64,000 nucleotides of DNA from Trueperaceae bacterium (GCA_965213705.1 OZ243913.1:2240001-2304000), one strand, 5' to 3'; counted from the stretch's first letter, positions 50,376 through 60,944 are shown. Notes: a model not told the origin generated them from the letters alone. Numbers and translations are program-made.

Positions 50376-51883
50376 CCTACTGGGAGTTCCACCTCGTGTT
50401 TACGCTGCCGGTCGTCGCCCTGCTGGGTTTGTTGACGCTGCGCGACCTGCGCAGGGGTGAAAACCTGTGCGGTTCGCTGGGGCACGGTTCTTCGGGGCGC
50501 GGTACGCGCTTTGCGGCCTGGGCGGTGCTGGCGCACATCGTCATCGCCCTCGTCTACACGACGCCTTGGGACAACTACCTCATCTACCGCGGCGTGTGGG
50601 GCTATTCACCGGGGCGGGTGCTGTTTGCGGTCGGCTACGTGCCGTTCGAGGAATACTTGTTCTTTATCATTCAGACCGTTATCGCGGGGCTGTTTTTCTA
50701 CCTGCTGGCCCGCCGCTTGGACACGCCGCCGACCGAATTCGTGTCCAGCCAGCGTTCACGTATTCGCCTCGTCGGGAGTTTGCTGGTGTTGGGGTTGGCA
50801 GCCCTCGGCGTGGTTGCTTTGTCCTTTGACCGGGGCACCTACCTGGGCCTCATTTTGGTGTGGGGAACGCCGGTACTGGCACTCCAGTGGGGTTACGGGG
50901 GCGACTTTATTCTGGAGCGCTGGCGGCTTCTTCTCCCGGCTATTTTTATCCCGAGCCTCTACCTGTGGATAGCCGACCGAATCGCGATTGGGCTCGAGAT
51001 TTGGTGGATAAGCCCTGAGTTGTCGACCGGTTTCAAAATTCTAGGCTTGCCCATCGAGGAAGCGCTGTTTTTTTTGATGACGAACCTGTTCGTGCTGTTC
51101 GGCCTGAGCCTGGCGCTGCATCCCGAGTCGGTAACGCGCTACCGGCGTTTGCGCGGGCTGGTGCGGCTCGAGCCCTGGCAGGTACTGCTCGGTTTGTGGG
51201 CTCTAAGCATGATTCCGACGCCGCTGGTGCCGGGGGCGTTTCCCGTGTTTGCTTACCTCAGTACCTCGCTGTTGGCGCTGGGTTTGCTCGGTTACGCGCT
51301 GGGGCGCTACGGGGTGAAAGCTTGGCTCCTCTTCGGGCTGGCTTTCGGCTTCGGCTTGGCCGTGGAGTACCTGGGCGAGACGACCGGCTTGCCCTTCGGC
51401 ACTTACCGCTACGCTGCGCCGGGGCCGAGCCTTTTCGGGGTGCCGCTGCTCGTGCCCTTGGGTTGGTGGGCGTTCACGCTCGTCGCGTTGTCCATCACGC
51501 CGCCGGGGCGCAAGCTGTTTTTGGCACCCCTGGCGATGGTCGCCTGGGACTTAGGGTTGGACCCGCTCATGGTGAGCAAGGGGTTCTGGTCGTTCGAGGG
51601 GGGCGGGTTTTACTACGGCGTGCCACTCATGAACTTCGTCGGGTGGTACTTGGCGGGCTTTGTGCTGGTGTGGCTGATGCTGCGGCTCGAGCCGCGCCTG
51701 CAACGCGCCGACAGCTTTGAACTGCGCTTTGTCTTCACCGCGCAAGCGTTTCTCATCAGCGTCGGGCTGGTGTTTTTCGGTTTGCCCGTGGCGGGGCTCG
51801 TCACCTTTGTGGCGATGGGCGCGTTCGCGCTGCCGCCCTTGCTGCGCGCCCGCGCCGAGGGCCGGTTGCTGCCGACGAAATGA
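50372..51883 (+). CDS. Fusion: membrane-type lycopene cyclase domains + CruF-like carotenoid 1,2-hydratase
   Basis: [38 protein letters not shown] (two cyclase repeats); then E..G.TTGLPFG.Y.Y, WDLGLDP, GVPLMNF.GW (CruF). Confidence 0.8.
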
Positions 51884-52578
51884 GTTACCCGACGCACCTG
51901 CGAACGCTCGTGACGGGTGAACTCGAGGGCTGGATTTCGCGCTCGCTGCCGTTCATCGTCAACCGCAGTCTGCGCACCGGCTTGCACGGCATCTGGGCGC
52001 GCGGCGACTGGGCGGGTTTGCCCGCGGGACCCTACATCCTCGCCGCGAACCACCACTCCTGGTGGGACCTCTACCTTATCTGGCGGTTGCGCGACAAGTT
52101 GGCACGCACCATGACCGGCTTTATGGACGAGGCCACCCTTGCCAAGTTTCCCTTTTTCCGGCGGCAGGGCGTCATCTCGCGGACCGAGGTGCGCCTCGCC
52201 CTGCGACGTTTGGCCCGGGGCGACGTGCTGCAGATATTCCCCGAAGGCACGTTGCGGCAGGCGGGGCAGGTAAGAGAGGTCGAGGCGGGGCTCTCTTTTC
52301 TAACTCACAAGGCCCAGGTACCCGTCTACCCCCTCGCCTTCCGCGTCGTGATGCGCGGCGCGGAAAAGCCGGAGGCGTTTGTGGTGCTGGGGGAGAGGCT
52401 GGGAGATGAAAACCTGCTGACCTGCTTCACAACCGCCGTCAACACACTTCTCACCGAAATAGACGCCGCGGTCGCCACATCAAACCCCGAACTGCCGCCG
52501 GAGGGTTTCGAGGCGTGGGGCATGTCCGCAAGGCGCTTCGACGAACGCCTGGCCTGGTTGAAAAAGGTGTGGTCGTGA
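51880..52578 (+). CDS. cruD: PlsC-type acyltransferase (carotenoid glycoside acyltransferase)
   Basis: NHHSWWD, IFPEG; carotenoid operon context. Confidence 0.7.
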   Translation: MSYPTHLRTLVTGELEGWISRSLPFIVNRSLRTGLHGIWARGDWAGLPAGPYILAANHHSWWDLYLIWRLRDKLARTMTGFMDEATLAKFPFFRRQGVISRTEVRLALRRLARGDVLQIFPEGTLRQAGQVREVEAGLSFLTHKAQVPVYPLAFRVVMRGAEKPEAFVVLGERLGDENLLTCFTTAVNTLLTEIDAAVATSNPELPPEGFEAWGMSARRFDERLAWLKKVWS

Positions 52579-53789
52579 CCCTGCTGCTCGTGGTCGCCGC
52601 ACTGTTCGTCGGGGTGCAACTGGTGACGTTGCTCGTCAACTTGTGGACCTTTCCGGTGCTCGATGCGTTTGCAGGTGAGGGAGTACCGAGTACCGAGCGG
52701 AAAGTACCGGGTGAAAAGAGAAAAGAGAAAAGCGAAGGCTTTTTCTCCTCCGCTCAGAACGAAGTGTCTCCGGGCGGAGACGCGGACCGGGCGCGCAAAA
52801 CCGGCAACCGCGTTTCCCTCCTCGTTCCGGCGCGGAACGAGGCCTTGAACTTGCCCGAAACGCTGCCGCGCGTGCTGGCGCAACCGGGGGCGTACGAGGT
52901 CATCGTCTTAAACGACCAGTCCACCGACGCGACTCGTGAGGTTTTGGCGGGGTTCGCGGCGAACAGCCCGCACCTCAAGGTTTTAGAAGGTGAGTCGCTG
53001 CCGAGCGGCTGGAGCGGCAAAAATTGGGCCTGCCACCAGCTCGCGCAGGCGGCCACGGGCGACGTGCTCGTCTTTACCGACGCGGACGTGTTTTGGGAAA
53101 CGGACACGTTGGACGCACTGCTGAGTTTCAAGGCCGCCGAAGATGCCGGTTACGTCAGCGTGTGGCCGCGTCAAATCACGAAAACCCTTGCCGAACGCCT
53201 CACCGTCCCGGTTATCGACCTCGTCCTGCTCGGAGCGCTTCCTTACCTCGGCGTGCGCTGGTTGCCCTTTGCGGCATTTTCGGCGGGCAACGGACAGCTG
53301 ATGTTGTTTACGAGGGCCGCGTACTCCAAAATCGGTGGGCACGCAGCTTTTAAAAACGAGGTCTTGGAGGACGTGCGGATGGGCCAGGCGGCCAAGGGGG
53401 CGGGCGTGAAAACCGCGCTCGCGCTCGGTGGGCGGGCCGTCGCCACGCGGATGTACCGGTCGCAGGGAGAACTGCTTAACGGCTTCAGCAAAAACATCCT
53501 CGCCGCTGTCTCGAATAGCCGTGGGGCGCTCGTCGGCCTGAGTCTGCTCAGCACGCTCGTCTACAGCCTCGCTTGGCCGCTCGGCTTCGTGAACCCCTGG
53601 TGGTTCGCGGTGGGCGCGGCGGGGTTGGTGCAGCGCGGTTTGACCGCTTACAAGACGCGCCGCAACCCGCTCGAGGCCCTGCTGCAACCCTTCATGGCCT
53701 ACTCGCTGCTGCAAGTTACTTACCGCGCGCTGCGGCGCGGCGGGGGTTACGTGTGGAAGGGCCGCGAGTACGGTCCGGGGCGCGCGTGA
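52575..53789 (+). CDS. cruC: GT2 glycosyltransferase (carotenoid glycosyltransferase)
   Basis: VSLLVPARNEA, DQSTD, GWSGKNWAC.QL, FTDAD, NGQ, LED, RMY, WKGR; GTG 52575. Confidence 0.75.
   Translation: MTLLLVVAALFVGVQLVTLLVNLWTFPVLDAFAGEGVPSTERKVPGEKRKEKSEGFFSSAQNEVSPGGDADRARKTGNRVSLLVPARNEALNLPETLPRVLAQPGAYEVIVLNDQSTDATREVLAGFAANSPHLKVLEGESLPSGWSGKNWACHQLAQAATGDVLVFTDADVFWETDTLDALLSFKAAEDAGYVSVWPRQITKTLAERLTVPVIDLVLLGALPYLGVRWLPFAAFSAGNGQLMLFTRAAYSKIGGHAAFKNEVLEDVRMGQAAKGAGVKTALALGGRAVATRMYRSQGELLNGFSKNILAAVSNSRGALVGLSLLSTLVYSLAWPLGFVNPWWFAVGAAGLVQRGLTAYKTRRNPLEALLQPFMAYSLLQVTYRALRRGGGYVWKGREYGPGRA
52682..52753 (+). repeat. Dispersed repeat copy 3, expanded, inside the cruC coding sequence
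   Basis: AGTACCGAGTACCGAGCGGAAAGTACCGGGTGAAAAGAGAAAAGAGAAAAGCGAAGGCTTTTTCTC aligns with copies 1 and 2. Confidence 0.75.
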
Positions 53790-55204
53790 AAACCAAGACG
53801 GCGCTCGTCTTAGGTGGCGGTTTCGCAGGCTTGTCGGCGGCGATTCACTTAGCGCTCGCAGGCCGTGAGGTGACGCTGCTCGAGCAAGCGCCGTCCCTGG
53901 GCGGCAAGGCGGGCGAGCACCGCGAACACGGCTACCGCTTCGACACCGGGCCGAGCGTGTTCACGCTGCCGCACGTCGTCGAGGAGTTGTTCAGAGCCGC
54001 GGGCGAGGTTTTGCCCTTCGAGTTGCGGCCGCTCGAGCCCCTGTGCCGCTACCTCTACCCGTCGGGCCGGGTGTGGGACGTGTACCAGGACGTCGACAAA
54101 ACGACCGCACAGTTGTCCAAACAAGAGGCCGACGCTTACCGCGCGCTGCTCCAGGTGGCGCGCGAACTGTTCGAGGCGTCCGCGCCGGTGTTCGTGTACG
54201 GACAGAGCCCGTCGCCCCTCGGCATGATGCGCTACGGTTTGCGGCACGGGCTGGCGGCGCGGCCGTTCAAGACGCTCGAAAACCTTATAGACGCTTCTAA
54301 ACCGTCGCCCGACCTCAAACGGTTTTTCCTGCGCTTCGCGACCTACTTCGGGGCCGACCCCTACCGCGCCCCGGCGGTGCTCCACAACATTGCCTGGGCC
54401 GAACTCGGGCTCGGGGTAAGCTACCCGGTGGGCGGGATTCACGCGGTCGTGGCAAATCTTGGGGCGTTGGCGGCGCGACTCGGCGTGACAGTTCGTACGG
54501 GTGTAGAGGTGGAACGGCTCGAGACGCGGGGGCTGCGCCTCGACACGGTCCACACGAGCGCGGGCGCGTTTCAAAGCGACGTGGTCGTGTCCTCGCTCGA
54601 CGTCGTCCGCACCCACAAGCTGCTCGGCCAGAGGGCGCGGGTGGAACGGCTCGAGCCCTCCTTGTCGGGCTTCGTCATGCTGCTCGGCGTGACGGGGGAG
54701 ACACCCCGGTTGGCGCACCACAGCATCAGTTTCTCAAACGACTACGGAGCTGAGTTTCGCGCCTTGGCCGCGGGCGCTTTCAGCGACGACCCGACGCTGT
54801 ACTTCTACGTCAGCAGCAAGTTGCAACCCGAAGACGCGCCGCCGGGCGGCGAAAACCTGTTCGTGATGGCGAACGCGCCCGCACTGAGAGACGGGCAGCC
54901 GCTGGACGAAGAGGCTTACGCGGAGCATCTTTTGGAGGTGCTCGAGCGGCGCGGTTTCAGTGTTACAAAGCGGCTCGCCGTGCGGCACATCCTCGGGCCG
55001 CAGCACTTGGCGGGGCTCGCGCACCGCGGCAGCATCTACGGCGCGGCTCCACATTCGCTCCTGAGCACCCTGCGGCCGAACCCGCGGGTTCGGGGCGTAA
55101 GCAACCTCGTTTTAGCCGGGGGTAGCGTTTATCCTGGGGGTGGGATTCCCCTAGCGCTGTTGTCGGGTAAAAACGCGGCGCGTCTGGTCTCGAGCCTGCC
55201 CTAG
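53786..55204 (+). CDS. crtD: Phytoene desaturase family protein, probably hydroxy-carotenoid 3',4'-desaturase
   Basis: GGGFAGL, FDTGPSVFTLP, RFATY.GADPY.APA, EPSLSGF, GSIYG, GG.V.PGGGIPL. Confidence 0.7.
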   Translation: MKTKTALVLGGGFAGLSAAIHLALAGREVTLLEQAPSLGGKAGEHREHGYRFDTGPSVFTLPHVVEELFRAAGEVLPFELRPLEPLCRYLYPSGRVWDVYQDVDKTTAQLSKQEADAYRALLQVARELFEASAPVFVYGQSPSPLGMMRYGLRHGLAARPFKTLENLIDASKPSPDLKRFFLRFATYFGADPYRAPAVLHNIAWAELGLGVSYPVGGIHAVVANLGALAARLGVTVRTGVEVERLETRGLRLDTVHTSAGAFQSDVVVSSLDVVRTHKLLGQRARVERLEPSLSGFVMLLGVTGETPRLAHHSISFSNDYGAEFRALAAGAFSDDPTLYFYVSSKLQPEDAPPGGENLFVMANAPALRDGQPLDEEAYAEHLLEVLERRGFSVTKRLAVRHILGPQHLAGLAHRGSIYGAAPHSLLSTLRPNPRVRGVSNLVLAGGSVYPGGGIPLALLSGKNAARLVSSLP

Positions 55205-55384
55205 CCGCAGGACGCTCGCCCGCGTCTCAGTACACCAAGGTGTGAGGGTCAAAGCTTTCGCCCTTACCCCCACCTCCCCGTCTCCCTGTCCCCACCCCGC
55301 CGCACATGAGGGTTTGCTTACATTCGCCCCTTGCCGCGCAAACCTTCACAGCTCGTCGCTCGGCCCGACTCTATGCTAAACACC

Positions 55385-57094
55385 ATGAGACCGGTAGTCC
55401 TGGCCCTTTTGCTGTTTTTGACCGCCTGCAGCGGCGGCGCACCCGACGCGGTAACGACCAAAGTCACGCCCAGCATTCTCAACTTCACCAGCCGCGCGCG
55501 CAGTACGGTGGTGACGCTCAAGAACTTAGAGACCGCAGCCCTCGACTTCACCCTGACCTCGAGTACAACCCGCGTCGGGCTGAAACCCGACAAGGGGCGC
55601 TTGGCACCCGGCGACACCGCGTATATCAGCGTTCACTTCGACTACAAAGGTTTGCGAAAAGGCCAACTTCTCAACGAGACGCTGACGCTGAAAACGCAAC
55701 CGGTCGGCGGCAAACTAAGCACCAAGACTATCCCGCTCGTGTTTGAAATGACCGTGGGCGGGCTCGACGCCTGCGGCGGTCAGCGCGCGGGGGCGAGCGC
55801 AGTCGGGAGCGCGCCGCGCCGCGCCGCAGCTTCCGGCCTGCCCTACGCAAGCCTGCCCTACGCAAACGGTGAACTTCTCGTGCAGGTGCGTCCCGGTTTG
55901 GACGTGCAGCGAAGTGACCCGCTCGAGCAGGTGCGCGCTGTCACTTTGAGCGTCGCTCAAGACTACGGTTTGGGCTTGCAAAGCGCGCCCGGCCTGTACC
56001 GACCCACCCTGGTTAAAGTACCTGCAGGTGAGTCTGTGCTGGCGGCTAAAGCCCGCTTGGCGCGCGACCCCCGGGTCGCGTACGCCGAACCCAACTACTA
56101 CCTGGAGCTTTTGGGCGTGCCGGACGACCCCTTTGTGGCGAGCCAGTGGAACCTGCTGGAGTTCGGCTTGTCCCAAGCCTGGGACGTAGAAACCGGCACC
56201 GGCAAGGTCGTCGTCGCCATTATCGACAGCGGGGTTTACGGCAAACACGAGGACTTGAGCGGTAAACTGCTGCCCGGTTGTGACTTTTTTGACGGTGACA
56301 GCGACGCTGCGCCGGGTTTGGACAGCGGTTTTGAAGCCGGTCACGGCACGCACGTTGCCGGAATCGCCGCTGCGGTCGGCAACAACGGTACGGGCGTGGC
56401 GGGTGTCGCCTACGGCCCCGGCGTCAAGCTGTTGCCCATCAAAGTTTTTGACGACGTGGGTACGGCCGGGACGGTGAACGAACTTTTGAACGGACTTTTG
56501 TGGGCGGCGGGCCTGCCGGTCGAGGGTGTGGCGACCAACCCGTACCCGGCCGACATCATCAACATGAGCCTCGGCATCGACACAGCAAAGTTGACGGACG
56601 GGGTTTTACAGTCCGTCGGCGAGGTGACCAAGCGGGTGCTGGACCGCGGCGTCGTCATGTTCGCCGCGACGGGCAACAACGGCTTCGACGACCGCGTCTT
56701 CGCGCCCGCCAGTGCGCCTGCGGTGTACGCAGTCGGGTCGGTCGACGGCAACAGAAACCGCTCGGCGTTTTCGAACTACGCGACGCGCGGCGCGACCGTC
56801 GACTTTATGGCCCCTGGGGGCGAAAGTCCGGCTAGCGAGTGCTTTTCGGTTCTCAGCACGTTTCCGCTAAACGACTACGTATGCCAAGCGGGCACGTCGA
56901 TGGCGTCACCGTTTGTGGCGGGGGTGGCGGCCTTGTTGCTGAGCCGAAACCCCGGCCTCAGCCCGGCACAACTCAAGGCCAAACTCGCCGAATCGGCGTT
57001 TTTCGACCCCGCCTACATGACCCCCCAAGAATACGGCAGCGGCGTCGTCTGCGCCGACAAGGCTGTCGGCGCGGCCACGCGCTGCGGCCGCTGA
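55385..57094 (+). CDS. S8 subtilisin-family serine protease, lipoprotein
   Basis: Lipobox LTAC; IIDSG, GHGTHVAG, ATGN, GTSMASP; TATGCT -10 seven nt before ATG 55385. Confidence 0.92.
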   Translation: MRPVVLALLLFLTACSGGAPDAVTTKVTPSILNFTSRARSTVVTLKNLETAALDFTLTSSTTRVGLKPDKGRLAPGDTAYISVHFDYKGLRKGQLLNETLTLKTQPVGGKLSTKTIPLVFEMTVGGLDACGGQRAGASAVGSAPRRAAASGLPYASLPYANGELLVQVRPGLDVQRSDPLEQVRAVTLSVAQDYGLGLQSAPGLYRPTLVKVPAGESVLAAKARLARDPRVAYAEPNYYLELLGVPDDPFVASQWNLLEFGLSQAWDVETGTGKVVVAIIDSGVYGKHEDLSGKLLPGCDFFDGDSDAAPGLDSGFEAGHGTHVAGIAAAVGNNGTGVAGVAYGPGVKLLPIKVFDDVGTAGTVNELLNGLLWAAGLPVEGVATNPYPADIINMSLGIDTAKLTDGVLQSVGEVTKRVLDRGVVMFAATGNNGFDDRVFAPASAPAVYAVGSVDGNRNRSAFSNYATRGATVDFMAPGGESPASECFSVLSTFPLNDYVCQAGTSMASPFVAGVAALLLSRNPGLSPAQLKAKLAESAFFDPAYMTPQEYGSGVVCADKAVGAATRCGR

Positions 57095-57265
57095 AGGATT
57101 TCAGAAGTGGGCGTCCGCCCGAAAATAGGCCGCTCGAGGACGCAAGTTTCAGACAAGAGCAGTTTTAAACAAAGCGTAGCAGCCCAAGCACTCCCGTTTT
57201 GTCCCACCGCTCGAGAAACCTCCGCCGCGTTCGTTCTTACCCGCACGCTTTGTTTGACCTCGAGC

Positions 57266-57292
57266 TGACACCTGTCACCCCTTCGACCTGAC
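57266..57292. promoter_or_regulatory. Candidate NarL/DesR-type response regulator site TGACA-N2-TGTCA plus downstream TGAC half-site
   Basis: Upstream of the ABC transporter linked to a DesK/DesR-like pair; weak -10 CATACT at 57325. Confidence 0.55.
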
Positions 57293-57347
57293 GGTTGCAG
57301 GTAGTCGGTCCTCGGCAGTTGCGGCATACTCCTGGTAGGAGGACGCC

Positions 57348-58304
57348 ATGACGGCTTCAGGCACGACTAAAACAAGGCCAACACCCTCAAACTCGACGGT
57401 CGCCGAACTCCGCGCCGTGAGCAAAAGTTACGGCGCGGTTCGGGCGCTCGAGGACGTCAACTTAAACATATATGCGGGCGAGGTCGTCGCCCTGCTCGGT
57501 CCGAACGGCGCGGGCAAGACGACCGCCGTAAGCCTGCTGCTCGGCTTGCTGCGACCCACCGCGGGCGACGTGCGTCTGTTCGGGGAAAACCCGCAAGACG
57601 CCGCCGTCCGTACGCGGGTCGGCGCGATGCTGCAAGTCTCGGGCGTGCCGCAAACCCTCAAAGTCAGGGAGCACGTCGACCTGTTCCGCAGTTACTACCC
57701 GAACCCGCTCGGCGCGGCGGAAACCCTCGAACTGGCCGGCCTCGCCAAGGTTGCCGCCCGGCCCTACGGCAAGCTCTCGGGCGGGCAACAGCAGCGGCTT
57801 CACCTGGCGCTCGCGCTCTGCGGCAACCCCGACCTCGTCTTTTTGGACGAGCCCACGACCGGCCTCGACGTGGGCTCGAGGCGCGCACTGTGGGACACCA
57901 TCCGCGGTTTTGTTCAGGGCGGGCGCACGGTCGTTTTGACGACGCACTATCTTGAAGAAGCCGACGCCCTCGCCGACCGCATCGTCGTCGTCGACCACGG
58001 CCGCGTCATCGCCGAGGGCACGCCGAGCGACATCAAAGCTCAAACAGCGGGCCGCAAAATCCGCGTGGTCTCGAGCCTGACCTGTTCGTTTATCGAGGCT
58101 CTGCCCGGCGTGACCTCGGTGCGGCGTGACGGCGCGGCTTTCGAAATTTTGGCGGTCGAAGCTGAAAGTGTGGTGTTGCACCTTTTGCAGAACGACCCCT
58201 CCTTAAGCGGTTTGGAAGTTGTCAGCGCAGGTTTGGAAGACGCTTTTTTAGCCCTGACGGCCGCAGAAATTTCGAAGGACTCAAAAGAAAGGAAAGCCGC
58301 ATGA
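57348..58304 (+). CDS. ABC-2 type transporter ATP-binding protein
   Basis: GPNGAGKTT, LSGGQQQR, LDEPTTGLD, TTHYLEEA. Confidence 0.95.
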   Translation: MTASGTTKTRPTPSNSTVAELRAVSKSYGAVRALEDVNLNIYAGEVVALLGPNGAGKTTAVSLLLGLLRPTAGDVRLFGENPQDAAVRTRVGAMLQVSGVPQTLKVREHVDLFRSYYPNPLGAAETLELAGLAKVAARPYGKLSGGQQQRLHLALALCGNPDLVFLDEPTTGLDVGSRRALWDTIRGFVQGGRTVVLTTHYLEEADALADRIVVVDHGRVIAEGTPSDIKAQTAGRKIRVVSSLTCSFIEALPGVTSVRRDGAAFEILAVEAESVVLHLLQNDPSLSGLEVVSAGLEDAFLALTAAEISKDSKERKAA

Positions 58305-59098
58305 CCCGTTCTCAAGCTGTCACGCCTACAAAAACCCGCAACCTCGCCAAAGTGTTCTGGCTCGAGGCCAAGTATGAGTTTTTGAAAAACCTGCGCCTGC
58401 CCGTCTACGCCGTCTCCACCATCGTTTTCCCACTGATGTTCTACGTGCTGTTCGGCCTGATGTTCGGCTCCAGCGACGCGGGCGGCGTGAGCGTGGCGAC
58501 CTACATGCTGGCGACTTACGGCGCGTTCGGCGTTATTGGGGCGGCGCTGTTCGGGTTCGGCGTCGGGGTGGCAGTTGAGCGGGGGCAGGGCTGGATGCGC
58601 CTGAAACGCGCCTCGCCGATGCCGCCCCTGGCTTACTTTACGGCTAAAACGGCGATGGCCCTTTTCTTCAGCGCCATCGTGGTGCTGTGCCTGTTCGCCC
58701 TCGGCGTCACGGTCGGCGGCGTGCGGCTGGCACCCATGCAGTGGTTGAGTTTGTTCGGCGTCCTGCTCTTGGGCGCGTTTCCGTTCGCGGCGATGGGATT
58801 GATGTTCGGTTACCTCGTGGGGCCGAACTCGGCACCGGCCATTCTCAACCTGGTTTACTTACCTATGGCGTTTTTGTCGGGGTTGTGGGTGCCGATTCAG
58901 GCCCTGCCCGAGGCGATTCAGGGTTTGGCACCCTTTTTGCCGCCCTACCATTTTGCGCAGCTCGCGCTTGGCGTTTTCGGGGCAGGAACGGGCGGCAACG
59001 CTTGGACACACGCGGCGGTGCTGCTCGGGTTCACGGCCTTGTTCCTCGTCCTCGCTATAGTCTTATACCGCCGTGACGAGGGAAAAACTTACGGATGA
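58301..59098 (+). CDS. ABC-2 type transporter permease
   Basis: Six TM segments, ERGQGWMRL.RASP, FLSGLWVP. Confidence 0.9.
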   Translation: MTRSQAVTPTKTRNLAKVFWLEAKYEFLKNLRLPVYAVSTIVFPLMFYVLFGLMFGSSDAGGVSVATYMLATYGAFGVIGAALFGFGVGVAVERGQGWMRLKRASPMPPLAYFTAKTAMALFFSAIVVLCLFALGVTVGGVRLAPMQWLSLFGVLLLGAFPFAAMGLMFGYLVGPNSAPAILNLVYLPMAFLSGLWVPIQALPEAIQGLAPFLPPYHFAQLALGVFGAGTGGNAWTHAAVLLGFTALFLVLAIVLYRRDEGKTYG

Positions 59099-59100
59099 AA

Positions 59101-59151
59101 AAGTACCGAGGCCCGAGTAAAAAGTGAAATCAAAAGCTTCTCTGCTTCTTC
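59101..59151 (+). repeat. Dispersed repeat copy 4 (partial/degenerate)
   Basis: AAGTACCGAGGCCCGAGT (18 bp) identical to copy 1 start; lies right after the permease TGA. Confidence 0.7.
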
Positions 59152-59217
59152 CTTTCGATATCAAGCCACTCGAGAACGGACGGTGCATGAGTTGAAAACT
59201 TACTCTAGAATGAACCC

Positions 59218-60345
59218 ATGCGCGCCGCCCTGAGTCCCCGCAAGATAGGCTGGGAGCCCTACTTTTACCTCGTCTACCTCGTCTTTTTGATTTTCCAGCC
59301 TGTCTTCGATCCCGAGCGCGGCTTGCTGGACCTGGTCGTCGTCGGCCTTATGCTGGCGATTTTTTTGCCCGTTTACTTTTGGACGTTTGGGCAGTGCGGG
59401 CCGAAAGTTCTGTGGGGCGTCGCGGTGATGGCGCTGCTCGGGACGGTGGGCATGTGGTTCAATTCGGGCTCAAGCGTGTTCCTCATCTACGCCGCGGCGG
59501 CAGTGGGCGGTGCGTTGCGGCCGAGTCGAGCGGCGTGGGTCATCTTCGGCACCCTCGCCCTTGCCGCAGTGTCCGCCCTGTTTTCGCCGATTCCACTACC
59601 TTACCGCGCTTGGGCTTACGGCCCGGTTTTCTTTTTCGCGCCGCTCATCGGCTTTATAAACATTTATCAAGCTGAAAAAGGACGCTCCAACGCAAGGTTG
59701 CGTCTCGCTCAGGACGAGTTGGAGCACCTAGCCACCATCGCCGAGCGCGAGCGCATCGCCAGAGACCTCCACGACCTGCTGGGGCACACCTTGTCGGTCA
59801 TCACCCTGAAAAGCGAACTCGCGGGCAGGTTGATAGCTAAAGACGCTGTCAGGGCGCAGCAAGAAATAGGCGAGGTCGAGCGTATCTCCCGTGAGGCCCT
59901 GGGCGAGGTGCGCGCGGCGGTGAGCGGCTACCGCGCCACGGGTTTCACGGCCGAACTCGCCCAAGCCAAGCTGGCGTTGGAGCCCGCCGGGGTGAGTTTC
60001 GCTTTTCGCGGCGACCCCGCGCTGCTCACGCCGCTCCAAGAAAGCACCCTCTGCCTCGTGCTGCGCGAGGCGGTCACCAACATCGTGCGGCACGCGTCGG
60101 CAACGCGCTGTTTTGTCGAACTCGTCAGCGAGGGCGGCCGTTTGCGGCTCGAGATTGTGGACAACGGCCGGGGCATGAGTAGAAGCGCGACGGGCAACGG
60201 CCTACGCGGCATGACTGAACGCTTGCAACTTTTGGGCGGCAAACTGGACGTGGTTTCGCTGCAGGGCACGCGCTTGTCGATTCGGCTGCCCAGGGCCGCG
60301 CCGAAGGAAACCGCGCCGCAGCTCGAGCCCGTCCCTCAACCATGA
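59218..60345 (+). CDS. DesK-like membrane sensor histidine kinase (HisKA_3)
   Basis: ERERIARDLHDLLGHTLS, REAVTNIVRH, DNGRG, GNGLRGM.ERL. Confidence 0.95.
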   Translation: MRAALSPRKIGWEPYFYLVYLVFLIFQPVFDPERGLLDLVVVGLMLAIFLPVYFWTFGQCGPKVLWGVAVMALLGTVGMWFNSGSSVFLIYAAAAVGGALRPSRAAWVIFGTLALAAVSALFSPIPLPYRAWAYGPVFFFAPLIGFINIYQAEKGRSNARLRLAQDELEHLATIAERERIARDLHDLLGHTLSVITLKSELAGRLIAKDAVRAQQEIGEVERISREALGEVRAAVSGYRATGFTAELAQAKLALEPAGVSFAFRGDPALLTPLQESTLCLVLREAVTNIVRHASATRCFVELVSEGGRLRLEIVDNGRGMSRSATGNGLRGMTERLQLLGGKLDVVSLQGTRLSIRLPRAAPKETAPQLEPVPQP

Positions 60346-60944
60346 TTCGCGTCGTCTTGGCCGAAGACCAGGGCATGGTGCGCGGCGCGTTGGCGGCGTT
60401 GTTGGAACTTGAAGGCGACATCACCGTCGTCGGGCAAGCGCCGGACGGGGCGGCGGCTTTGGAGCTTGTTCGAGAACTGCGGCCCGACGTGCTCGTCACC
60501 GACATCGAGATGCCCCTTTTGACGGGGCTCGAGCTGGCTCAAGCAGTCAAAGCCGAAAATTTAGGAACTCGAGTGGTCATCGTCACCACCTTCGCGCGGG
60601 GCGGCTACCTGCGCCGGGCTTTGGAGGCCGGGGCCGCGGGCTACTTGTTGAAGGACGCGCCCGCGGCCGACCTCGCCGACGCCCTGCGCCGCGTCCATGC
60701 CGGTGGCCGCGCGGTAGACCCCGCCCTCGCCGCCGCAGCCTGGGGCGAGCCCGACCCGCTCACCGAGCGCGAGCGCCAGGTGGTGCGTTTGGCGGGCGAG
60801 GGCAAAACGAGCGGCGACATCGCTGCACTCTTAAACCTGTCCGACGGCACGGTGCGCAACTACTTGTCCGAAGCCATCAGCAAACTCGGGGTGAGTAACC
60901 GCATCGAGGCGGCGCGTCTGGCGCGGGAGAAGGGCTGGCTGTAG
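60342..60944 (+). CDS. NarL/DesR family response regulator
   Basis: AEDQ, TDIEMP, YLLKD, LTERE..GTVRNYLS. Confidence 0.95.
   Translation: MIRVVLAEDQGMVRGALAALLELEGDITVVGQAPDGAAALELVRELRPDVLVTDIEMPLLTGLELAQAVKAENLGTRVVIVTTFARGGYLRRALEAGAAGYLLKDAPAADLADALRRVHAGGRAVDPALAAAAWGEPDPLTERERQVVRLAGEGKTSGDIAALLNLSDGTVRNYLSEAISKLGVSNRIEAARLAREKGWL

Noticed and set aside
53786..55204. Calling this gene crtI
   Set aside because: RFATY..ADP..APA and EPSLSGF motifs and its position after cruC fit CrtD better, though this was not confirmed by search.
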